A stretch of DNA of 64,000 bases. Origin: an uncultured Poribacteria bacterium (GTDB lineage Bacteria; Poribacteria; WGA-4E; WGA-3G). Under the pieces are notes generated by a model, which made no database searches, was not told where the DNA came from, and worked only from the letters and a program-made list of their open reading frames with translations. Of the stretch, positions 51,226 to 60,820 are shown one piece after another. The translations under genes were made by a program, and so were the position numbers. How positions within the stretch are numbered: position 1 is the stretch's first letter; every line of letters starts with the position of its first letter. Location of the stretch: positions 2,656,001 to 2,720,000 of the forward strand of contig CATQHZ020000001.1 in NCBI GenBank assembly GCA_958296135.2, read 5' to 3'.

Positions 51226-54200
51226 ATGCCGACACCCGAAAACACCGAACGCATCTTACACCTATTACAAAACCTCCGCGGCCTCGAACCCCTGCGCGAA
51301 CTCTTCTGGCGAGAACTCAACTATACCCGCATCGATGAGCCTATCGCCGAACTGCCCGATTCTCGCACCCAGTGCCTCGCTGAACCACCGCGCCGATTTG
51401 CCGCCGCCGGCAGAAACAACGATTTTCACATCCTCTACGCGCACCTCAACACCGAAAAACTTCGGAAAACCGATGAACGCCAACTCATCGCGCACCTGCA
51501 GACGCGATTCTCGCACGCGCTCTACATTTTTAGCAATGCTGCGCAAGACCACTGGCACTTCGTCAACGTCACACTCGTTCGAGAGGCACGCGAAAAACGC
51601 AAGGCCCGCCACCGCTACCGGCGCATCACTATCGCACCCGACGCAAGACTCCGCACCGCCGCCGAACGCATCGCAATGCTCAAGCTGGAAACACTCGGCA
51701 CCGATGGGCTCTTTGAAAACCTCGACCACCTGACACCGCTGGACATTTCCAACCAACACGAGGCCGCCTTTGATGTCGATGCAGTGACAGCGCAGTTTTT
51801 CGCCGACTACCAGCGCGTCTTCAAACGCCTCCACACCGAATTGGAAACGCAAACCGCTGATAAAAAGTGGGCGCACGATGCCGCGCAACAATTCCTCAGC
51901 CGCTGTCTCTTCCTCTACTTCCTCCAGCGAAAGCGGTGGTTGGGAGACAATCCGGACTTCCTCCGGACGTTTTGGGAAGCGTATCAACGCCATCGACACC
52001 GGGAGGGCTCTCCTACCGAAAAACATCAAAAACCGGCGGGCGCGACACCGGGAGAATTTGTCGACAAGTGGCTCAACGTCCTCTTCTTTGCCGCGTTTAA
52101 CAAGCGATTTCATGGCGGGTATCGCTATTTCCCACACGACATCCGTGACACACTGCAACACGCTCCCTATCTCAACGGCGGGTTGTTCCGAGAAAATGAA
52201 TGGGATACCGAGTATGCAACAACCATTCCTGATACCCTCTGGCTAGAGATATTCACCTTCTTTGAGGGATATAATTTCACCATCGCCGAGGATACACCCT
52301 TGGAACAGGAAGTCGCCGTAGACCCCGAGATGATCGGCAAAGTCTACGAGAGTCTCGTCAGTGTCTCCGCCGAAACCGATGAACGCGGCGATGCCGGCAT
52401 CTTCTACACGCCGCGCATTGAAATCGACTTGATGTGCCGCCTCGCGCTCGTGGATAACCTCACAAATCACATCGGTGAAGCACACAAGCATAAACTTTAC
52501 GCGGCACTCTTCACGTTTGACGAGACAGAGAAGGCAGCCGCCGATGCACAACTCGCCGAGCAGTGGGGCAACATCGCGGCGCATCTCAACCGCATCACTG
52601 TGTTGGATCCGGCGTGTGGGAGCGGTTCGTTCCTCGTCGGCATGCTCCACATTCTCGATGACCTGGGTGAACGCGCCGCGCGGCACCTCGGCGCGTCTGT
52701 CCCCTCCCGTTTTGAACGCCGCAAGGCCATCATCGGGAAGAATCTCTACGGCGTGGACGTGATGCCGTGGGCCTGCAAAGTCGCCGAGCTCCGCCTCTGG
52801 CTCGCGCTCATCATTGAGGCGGAGATTCGCGAGGCAGAACTGCAGATTCGCGAGGCACCGCTGCTCCCTGATTTTTCGTTTAACCTTCGGCACGGGGATA
52901 GTCTGGTGCAGGACATCGGCGGGATGAACCTCGCGCAGACGCGCGCATTGGGCAGTGGCGTGCCGAGTGCCATCAAACGGAAGATAACGACGCTGCAGAC
53001 AGAGAAACTCAAGTTTTATCACAACGAGCGCGAGCGGAAATATGCGGAGAAAGCGGATGTCCAACGCGCCGAGAACGCGCTCTTCCGAGAGATATTAACG
53101 GCTTACGAGATGCAGTTGCCGAGGCAGATCGACTCGGTCCAGGCGTTGCTGAAGGCTCTCACTGCGGAACAGTTGACGATTGCAGAGGTGGGCAAACCGG
53201 TGGACACGCGGCTTGACGCGCTGACGCAGCAGAAGCAGGCGGAATTAGCACGGCACGAGGCGAACCTCGCGCAGGTGAAGCGGGCCCTCGGTGCGTTGAA
53301 GTCTCACACTGCGCCGCCGTTTGTGTGGGACATTGCCTTCGTCGAGATTTTCAATCAATACGGTGGGTTTGACATTGTCATCGAAAACCCGCCTTACGTC
53401 GGGCAACAAAAAATTAGCAGCCCGATCCTTCCACGCGTAAAAGTGACACGAGCCAACAAGCAAGAATATAAGGCGAAGTTAGCGCGTGCCGCCTATCAAG
53501 CCTTTCCAGAATTTTTCGGTTACCAACTGCACAAAGACACCCAACCGGAAAAGCCTGCATCTGCTGTAGAGAGTCGGCTAGATTCCCAAAGCGACCTCTA
53601 CATCTACTTCTACTTTCACGGGCTCTCGTTGCTGAACCCAAAAGGCACTTTCTGCACCGTTACTTCTAACTCGTGGTTGGATGCAAGTTACGGAAGAAAT
53701 CTCAAGGAGTTTCTGCTCAAGCAGTGCCATCTCAAAATGATTTTGGACAACGCCGTGAAACGTTCTTTCAAGGATGTTGATGTGAATACCGTGATTTGTC
53801 TCATCTCAGCACCGGGTGAAAATCAAGAACCCGGTTTGCAACACACAGCGCGGTTTGTCAATTTCACTGAACCGTTTGAGGCAATTCTGGATCCGGTGAT
53901 TTTCTACGAGATCGATACCGCAACGGCGCGTGTCAGTACACCCGAGCACAAGATCTATCCTGTCACGCAGCAAACACTGCTCGCCAATGGAACAGAAAAG
54001 GCGAAATATGCTGGTGACAAATGGGGCGCAAAATATCTTCGTGCTCCCGATATCTACTGGACCGTTTTGGAAAAAGGATCGGATAAATTGGTGCGCTTGA
54101 AAGATGTCGCCAAGGTTCGGAGAGGATTCCGAACAGGCGCGGATAACTTCTTCGCACCTAATCGGGAGACAATCGCAAAGTGGAACATTGAAGACGAATT

Positions 54201-54877
54201 TCTTCGCGCGGTTGTCACCAATTCAGAAGACGTAAAGAGTCTTGTTATTGCCTCTGCACAACTACCACGTCAAGTCTTTTTTTGCTCAAAAGAGAAGGCA
54301 TCCTTGACTGGAACATCCGCGCTTGCCTACATTGAATGGGGTGAGGCGGAAGGTTTTGACCAGAGGTTAACATGCCGCAGGAGGAGTCCGTGGTATGCTA
54401 TGGGCGGAGATCGGCCCGCCCCATATCTCTGTTTTCCGCTCCTAATTTCTTCGACAACCGCGAAAACCCCCTATGCATCCGAAGGTTGCTACGGTGTCGG
54501 CAATTTCATGGAAATTGACACGTCCAAGGAGTTGGCATTACCGCTCTGTTTTTCCTTGAATTCTACCCTTTTTCAGTTGATGGTGAATGTGAACGGCCGT
54601 TTGAACCGCACGTGGACATTGGAAATCCAGCCAACTGATTTGTCTAATTTGTTATGTGTTAGTCCTGAGTTAACACAAATTAAGTGGAGGGGGGGGGCGG
54701 TTGGACGCATCCCTCCTCGCATCCGAAGAATGGGACGTTTTATCGCCTGCCCCGGCGCGCATCGCAATTGACAACGTCATCTTTGACATCTTGGAATTGA
54801 CGCAAGGCGAGCGCGATGGCGTTTACGAGGCGGTTAGAGACCTCGTCGAAACCCGTCTGAGGAAGGCGCGGAGTTGA
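51226..54877 (+). CDS. Large N6-adenine DNA methyltransferase (Eco57I/type IIG-like), frameshifted at G9 54689-54697
   Basis: GIFYTP, LDPACGSGSF (motif I), ENPPY (motif IV). The ORF as read stops at 54771, but the +1 frame encodes a typical family C-terminus ending at 54877. Confidence 0.88.
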
Positions 54878-54933
54878 AAAACTAGGTTTTTGGCATGCAT
54901 TAGCCCGGCGGAGCATCAATTATAAAAAATTCC

Positions 54934-54963
54934 TTGCACGAACCCGTTGAAGTATGGTAAACT
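54934..54963 (+). promoter_or_regulatory. Putative promoter of the coiled-coil/helicase pair
   Basis: TTGCAC-18 bp-TAAACT with an extended TG. Confidence 0.45.
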
Positions 54964-54996
54964 TATACATAGCAACAAATTTGAAAGGAAAAAACG

Positions 54997-57441
54997 ATGA
55001 AAACTACTGATAATCAACGTCATAATGATTCGGAGTCTACGCGTTCCGCTAACAATACTCGGTTGGATAGGATCGAGAAGTTACAAGAACGCGGTGCTGA
55101 ACTGCAAATAAAAACGGACACGCATCTTGCTGCGAGTGTTGAACGCGACGCTGCACACGCCGCTCGTTTGGACAGTATGGAGGAACTGCTCCCACACATT
55201 GTAGAACTCCAAGTGCAAACAAACGCGCGCCTCACCGCCAACGAGGCACTGGATGCCGAACGCGATGCCCGCTTAGATAGTTTTGACGAACTGTTTCGGC
55301 GGATAGGGGAGTTCCAAGCGAAGACAGAGGCACTTCTCGCCGCCAGTGCCGAACGCGACACCGCGCGCGAGACACGCCTAGAGAGCATCGAGGAATCGTT
55401 CCAACGTATCGGAGAATTCCAAGCTAAAACGGAAGCACTTCTCGCCGCAAATGCCGAACGCGACACCGCGCGCGAGACACGCCTAGAGAGCATCGAGGAA
55501 TCGTTCCAACGTATCGGAGAATTCCAAGCTAAAACGGAAGCACTCCTCGCCGCAAATGCCGAACGCGACACCGCGCGCGAGACACGCTTAGAGAGCATCG
55601 AGGAATCGTTCCAACGCATCGGAGAATTCCAAGCGAAGACAGAGGCACTTCTCGCCGCAAATGCTGAACGTGAGGCAGAACGCGAGACACGCTTAGAGAG
55701 CATCGAGGAATCGTTCCAACGCATCGGAGAATTCCAAGCGAAGACAGAGGCACTTCTCGCCGCAAATGCTGAACGTGAGGCAGAACGCGAGACACGCTTA
55801 GAGAGCATCGAGGAATCGTTCCAGCGCATCGGAGAATTCCAAGCCAAAACGGAAGCACTCCTCGCCGCCAGTGCTGAACGCGACACCGCGCGCGAGGCAC
55901 GCCTAGAGAGCATCGAGGAATCGTTCCAGCGTATCGGAAAATTCCAAGCCAAAACGGAAGCACTCCTCGCCGCCAGTGCTGAACGCGACACCGCGCGCGA
56001 GGCACGCCTAGAGAGCATCGAGGAATCGTTCCAGCGTATCGGAGAATTCCAAGCCAAAACGGAAGCACTCCTCGCCGCCAGTGCTGAACGCGACACCGCG
56101 CGCGAGGCACGCCTAGAGAGCATCGAGGAATCGTTCCAGCGTATCGGAAAATTCCAAGCCAAAACGGAAGCACTCCTCGCCGCCAGTGCTGAACGCGACA
56201 CCGCGCGCGAGGCACGCCTAGAGAGCATCGAGGAATCGTTCCAGCGTATCGGAGAATTCCAAGCGAAGACAGAGGCACTTCTCGCCGCCAGTGCCGAACG
56301 TGAGGCAGAACGCGAGGCACGCCTAGAGAGCCTCACGAACGTGCAATCCAAGATGGAGGCCCTTCTCGCTGCCAATGCGGCGCGCGATACTGAACGCGAG
56401 ACACGCTTGGAAAACCTGGAGGACCTGTTCCAACAGATTGGCGCGTTCCAATCAAGGACAGAGACACTCTTCGCCGCTAGTGCCGAACGGGACGCAGCAC
56501 GCGAGACACGCTTGGAGAATATTGAAGCATGGCATCAGCAGACAGCTGAGTTCCAATCAAAGACAGAGGCACTCTTCGCCGCTAGTGCCGAACGGGACGC
56601 AGCACGCGAGACACGCTTGGAGAATATTGAAGCATGGCATCAGCAGACAGCTGAGTTCCAATCAAAGACAGAGGCACTTCTCGCCGCCAGTGCTGAACGG
56701 GACGCAGCACGCGAGACACGCCTAGAGAGCATTGAGGAATCGCTCCGCCGCATCGGAGAATTCCAAGCCAAAACGGAAACCCTCCTTGCCGCCAGTGCTG
56801 AACGCGATGCAAAACGCGATGCACACTTGGAAAGCATTGCAGCGTTCCAAGCCAAAACAGAGGCGCACTTTGCCATGAGTGCCGAACGAGACGCAGCACG
56901 CGAGACACGCCTAGTGAGCATCGAGGAATCGCTCCGCCGTATCGGAGAATTCCAAGCCAAAACGGAAGCACTCCTCGCCGCTAGTGCCGAACGTGATGCT
57001 GAACGCGATGCACGCTTGGATAGTATTGCAGCGTTCCAAGCCAAAACGGAAGCACTCCTCGCCGCTAGTGCCGAACGTGATGCTGAACGCGATGCACGCT
57101 TGGATAGTATTGCAGCGTTCCAAGCCAAAACGGAAGCACTCCTCGCCGCTAGTGCCGAACGTGATGCCGAACGCGATGCACGCTTGGATAGTATTGCAGC
57201 GTTCCAAGCCAAAACGGAAGCACTCCTCGCCGCTAGTGCCGAACGCGATGCCAAACGGGATAAGCAGCTGGAGGGTATGAATGAAAAGGTGGCGAACACT
57301 GAAAAATCCGTTGAGGCATTGAAGGGCGCGCTGACCCCCTGGAAACTTGTCCTCGGCGGAATCGTTAGTATCATCTTTGCCATGGTTTTGTCTGTGCTCG
57401 GCGCAAAAGGCATGGAGGTACTCCTAGACCTCTTCAAATAA
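54997..57441 (+). CDS. Tandem-repeat coiled-coil protein with a C-terminal membrane anchor
   Basis: About 22 units of 35 or 28 aa; TM segment LVLGGIVSIIFAMVLSVLGA; AAAGGA RBS. Confidence 0.85.
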   Translation: MKTTDNQRHNDSESTRSANNTRLDRIEKLQERGAELQIKTDTHLAASVERDAAHAARLDSMEELLPHIVELQVQTNARLTANEALDAERDARLDSFDELFRRIGEFQAKTEALLAASAERDTARETRLESIEESFQRIGEFQAKTEALLAANAERDTARETRLESIEESFQRIGEFQAKTEALLAANAERDTARETRLESIEESFQRIGEFQAKTEALLAANAEREAERETRLESIEESFQRIGEFQAKTEALLAANAEREAERETRLESIEESFQRIGEFQAKTEALLAASAERDTAREARLESIEESFQRIGKFQAKTEALLAASAERDTAREARLESIEESFQRIGEFQAKTEALLAASAERDTAREARLESIEESFQRIGKFQAKTEALLAASAERDTAREARLESIEESFQRIGEFQAKTEALLAASAEREAEREARLESLTNVQSKMEALLAANAARDTERETRLENLEDLFQQIGAFQSRTETLFAASAERDAARETRLENIEAWHQQTAEFQSKTEALFAASAERDAARETRLENIEAWHQQTAEFQSKTEALLAASAERDAARETRLESIEESLRRIGEFQAKTETLLAASAERDAKRDAHLESIAAFQAKTEAHFAMSAERDAARETRLVSIEESLRRIGEFQAKTEALLAASAERDAERDARLDSIAAFQAKTEALLAASAERDAERDARLDSIAAFQAKTEALLAASAERDAERDARLDSIAAFQAKTEALLAASAERDAKRDKQLEGMNEKVANTEKSVEALKGALTPWKLVLGGIVSIIFAMVLSVLGAKGMEVLLDLFK
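55351..57250 (+). repeat. Intragenic 105-bp and 84-bp tandem repeats
   Basis: Nine near-identical 105-bp units at 55351-56295, then mixed 105-bp and 84-bp units. Confidence 0.95.
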
Positions 57442-57451
57442 AGGAGGACAC

Positions 57452-60400
57452 ATGCCTCAAGATATCATTGACAACCGCAACGAAAAACTCATTGACAATG
57501 TCAATCTCATCTTGGATGAGACAGAGCGGGCCCGCTTCGCTGTCGGCTACTTCTTCCTCTCCGGGTTTACCGGCATCGCCGAGGCACTGCAAAACGTCAC
57601 TGAGCTCTGTCTCCTCATCGGGAACACGAGCACACGCGAGACTATTGAGCAGCTCGCCGCAGGGTATCAGCAGCTGGAATCTGTAGCGGAGATTCACTCG
57701 GCACACCGCTATTCACGAGACGTTGAACGCAGGGCACGCGCTCGTGAAACCGCGCAGAACCTCCGCGCGTGCATTGAATTCATGCCTCAGACAAATGCCT
57801 CGGAGCAGCTCATCAGAACCCTCGTTGAGATGATTGCCCGCGGACAGTTGAAAGTGAAGCTCTATACGAAGGAGCGTCTCCACGCAAAAGCCTACATTTT
57901 TGATTACGAGCAAAATGCGCGGTTTGAATCCGGCATCTCTATCGTCGGCTCATCTAATCTCACCTTGGCAGGGTTAACGAGCAATACCGAATTGAACGTC
58001 GTGGTTCACGGCAATGCCAATCAGGAGCAACTCCGCGACTGGTTTGACGCGCTGTGGGAAGAGGCAGAAGATTTTGACAAGGCCTTGATGGAAGAGATGC
58101 AAACCTCCTGGGCCCTCGCGCCTGTCCGGCCTTACGATGTCTACATGAAAACGCTCTACGAGTTGGTAAGCGACAGAGTGGCGGCGGATGAAAGCCGCAT
58201 CGCTCCAGCAGACGAGTTGACAACCCAACTCGCGGATTTCCAACAAGTTGCGGTTTCCCAAGCAATTCGGATTATTGATGCATACGGCGGTGTCTTCATT
58301 TCCGATGTCGTCGGTTTAGGCAAGAGTTACATCGGTTCGGCGATTGTCAAGCACTTTGAGCGGGGTGAACAGGCGCGCCCGCTCATTCTCTGTCCGCCTG
58401 CGTTGATGGCAATGTGGGAGCATTACAACGCCGCCTATCAACTCCACGCGCAGGTTCTCTCCACGGGGCTTTTAAGTAGCGGTGAAGCGAACGCGAGAGA
58501 GCTGCTCTTTGAAGACGTTCGCTATCGGCACTGCGATTTTGTCCTCGTTGACGAAAGCCACAACTTCCGCAATGCGAATACGCAACGCTACCGGGTTTTG
58601 CAGGAATTTCTCATGGCGGGAGAGAAAAAATGCTGTTTCCTCACGGCGACACCGCGCAACAAAAGCGCGTGGGATATCTACCACCAACTCAAACTCTTTC
58701 ATCTCAACGATGATACGCAGCTGCCCTTGGACGCGCCAGATCTGCGCGAATATTTCCGCATGATTGAAAACGGTGAACGCAGCCTCCCCGCGCTTTTACA
58801 ACACATTCTTATCCGTCGAACGCGGAACCACATCCTGCGCTGGTACGGCTACGATGCAGAAACAGATGAACCGGTAGATGCGACGCAATTCGCCGATTAT
58901 CTGAGTCGCAACCGCCGCGCTTACGTTCGCGTCGGCGATACCAAGCAGTTCTTTCCAAAGCGAACCCTCAAGACGATTGAATACAGCATTGAAGAAACCT
59001 ATCAAGGGCTCTACGCGCAGATTCGCGATTGCCTCGGTAAATCGCAATCCGCCGCGCAGTTGACTTATGCCCGTTATGGCCTCTGGCACTATGTGAAGGA
59101 GGAGAGACAGGATGTCCATCCGTATCAGGAGCTGCAGAGCGCGGGCAGAAACCTCCGCGGGCTGATTCGCATCCTGCTATTCAAACGTTTTGAATCCAGC
59201 GTGCATGCTTTCAAAATGACTATCTCTCGGTTTCACAGCGTCCATGTCGATTTCCTTTACGCGCTAGAAAATGGCATTGTGCCAGCAGGCGACGATGCAC
59301 AGAAAATCCTCTATGAGACAACCACCGCCGACCAAACCGATATCAGCCCAGAGGAACGAGACATCGGGCTGTTTCTGGAGGAACTGCGGCGTGCCTCCGA
59401 GCAATATAACATCCTAGACTTCAACGTCCCTGAACTTCGCGATGCAATTCAGCACGACATTGACATCCTGAAGCAGATTTTAGATATGGTTCAGAATATC
59501 ACCCCGGCACAGGATGCAAAACTTCAGCGGCTGCAAAGACTGCTGGAATTGCCACCTTTACACGGCAAAAAACGGCTCATCTTTACGCAGTATATTGACA
59601 CGGCAAGTTATCTCTACGAAAACCTGCAGGCGGAGGATACCGAGGTTATCCATAGCCACGGCAGCGACAGGAAACAGCATGTCGTCGGTAGGTTTGCGCC
59701 AAACGCGAATCAATACCGCTTGAAACCGGGGGAGACAGAGATAGAGACGCTCATCGCGACTGATGTCCTCGCCGAGGGGTTGAACCTGCAAGACTGCGGC
59801 CTGCTCATCAACTACGATTTGCATTGGAATCCGGTGCGTCTCATTCAACGCTTCGGGCGCATTGACAGGATTGGCAGTCAATTTGACGAAATCCACGGGT
59901 TCAACTTTCTGCCGGAGTTGGGGATTGAGCGCAACCTCGGTTTACGCGAGAAACTCCGACACCGCATTCAGGAAATCCACGATACCATCGGCGAAGATGC
60001 AGCCATTCTGGATAACTCCGAACAACTGAATGAAAGCGCGATGTATGCCATTTATGAGCAGCACGGTGAACAGCTCAGCCTTTTGGAAGAAAGCGAGGCG
60101 CCGAGTTTCGGATTAAGCGAGGCGGAGGAGTTGTTGCGGCAATTGAAACGGCAAAACCCGCAGGAATATCAACGCATCGCCGAGCTAAGAGACGGCATCC
60201 GTACCGGCATCCCCGCCGAAGTGGAGGGCACCTACGTTTTCTGTCGCGACGAACGTAACCGGCAGCTCGTCCTGCTTAATGAAAACGGAACTGAAAAGAC
60301 TACGGATATTGCCGAGATCCTTCGGCTACTTCAAAGCAATGCTGAATTGCGCGGCAAACCTGTTTCGCCTGAGCACAACGCCCGCGTCACTGAAGTGCAG

Positions 60401-60754
60401 GAAAAGTTTGCAGGACAAATCAGAGGCGTGCAAAACGCATTTCCCAAACCGAATTTGTCCCGCGCGCAAAGATACATCTTGCAGGAGTTAAGAATGCTGT
60501 CTAGCACTTCGTCAGACAGTGTGCTAGGGCAGCTTGAGCAGGCGTTCCGCGGCCGCTTGACAGAGAGCCTCAAGCGAGAAATCACTCGTCTCCAGCGCGA
60601 GAAAATCGCGGGCGAAGCACTGTCAACGGCGTTGAAAAATCTCTATCACCGCTACAATCTGGCGGCGTTAGGCAGCGGCGAGGCACAGCCAGATAAGCCG
60701 GTCCGCGCGCCGATTAAGGTGATTTGCAGCGCGGCGTTTGTTAAATTTGCATGA
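57452..60754 (+). CDS. PLD-family nuclease fused to an SNF2-type helicase
   Basis: LHAKAY...GSSNLT...NTELN; DVVGLGKS, DESH, TATP, EGLNLQ, WNPVRLIQRFGRIDR; AGGAGG RBS. Confidence 0.9.
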   Translation: MPQDIIDNRNEKLIDNVNLILDETERARFAVGYFFLSGFTGIAEALQNVTELCLLIGNTSTRETIEQLAAGYQQLESVAEIHSAHRYSRDVERRARARETAQNLRACIEFMPQTNASEQLIRTLVEMIARGQLKVKLYTKERLHAKAYIFDYEQNARFESGISIVGSSNLTLAGLTSNTELNVVVHGNANQEQLRDWFDALWEEAEDFDKALMEEMQTSWALAPVRPYDVYMKTLYELVSDRVAADESRIAPADELTTQLADFQQVAVSQAIRIIDAYGGVFISDVVGLGKSYIGSAIVKHFERGEQARPLILCPPALMAMWEHYNAAYQLHAQVLSTGLLSSGEANARELLFEDVRYRHCDFVLVDESHNFRNANTQRYRVLQEFLMAGEKKCCFLTATPRNKSAWDIYHQLKLFHLNDDTQLPLDAPDLREYFRMIENGERSLPALLQHILIRRTRNHILRWYGYDAETDEPVDATQFADYLSRNRRAYVRVGDTKQFFPKRTLKTIEYSIEETYQGLYAQIRDCLGKSQSAAQLTYARYGLWHYVKEERQDVHPYQELQSAGRNLRGLIRILLFKRFESSVHAFKMTISRFHSVHVDFLYALENGIVPAGDDAQKILYETTTADQTDISPEERDIGLFLEELRRASEQYNILDFNVPELRDAIQHDIDILKQILDMVQNITPAQDAKLQRLQRLLELPPLHGKKRLIFTQYIDTASYLYENLQAEDTEVIHSHGSDRKQHVVGRFAPNANQYRLKPGETEIETLIATDVLAEGLNLQDCGLLINYDLHWNPVRLIQRFGRIDRIGSQFDEIHGFNFLPELGIERNLGLREKLRHRIQEIHDTIGEDAAILDNSEQLNESAMYAIYEQHGEQLSLLEESEAPSFGLSEAEELLRQLKRQNPQEYQRIAELRDGIRTGIPAEVEGTYVFCRDERNRQLVLLNENGTEKTTDIAEILRLLQSNAELRGKPVSPEHNARVTEVQEKFAGQIRGVQNAFPKPNLSRAQRYILQELRMLSSTSSDSVLGQLEQAFRGRLTESLKREITRLQREKIAGEALSTALKNLYHRYNLAALGSGEAQPDKPVRAPIKVICSAAFVKFA

Positions 60755-60775
60755 AACTTGCATTTGTGGTATTAT
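60747..60775 (+). promoter_or_regulatory. Putative promoter of the TGT-like gene
   Basis: TTGCAT-17 bp-TATTAT with an extended TG. Confidence 0.45.
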
Positions 60776-60820
60776 ATCTCTATCTACCGAATAAAGACAG
60801 ATGGGAATTAGAAAATAACT

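Noticed and set aside
55020-57437. Long minus-strand ORFs (451, 263 and 265 aa)
   Set aside because: They are antisense shadows of the tandem repeat gene.
51226-60754. Complete DISARM or BREX system
   Set aside because: No DrmA/DUF1998, PglZ, BrxC or BrxL gene is visible; only the MTase and PLD-SNF2 components are present.
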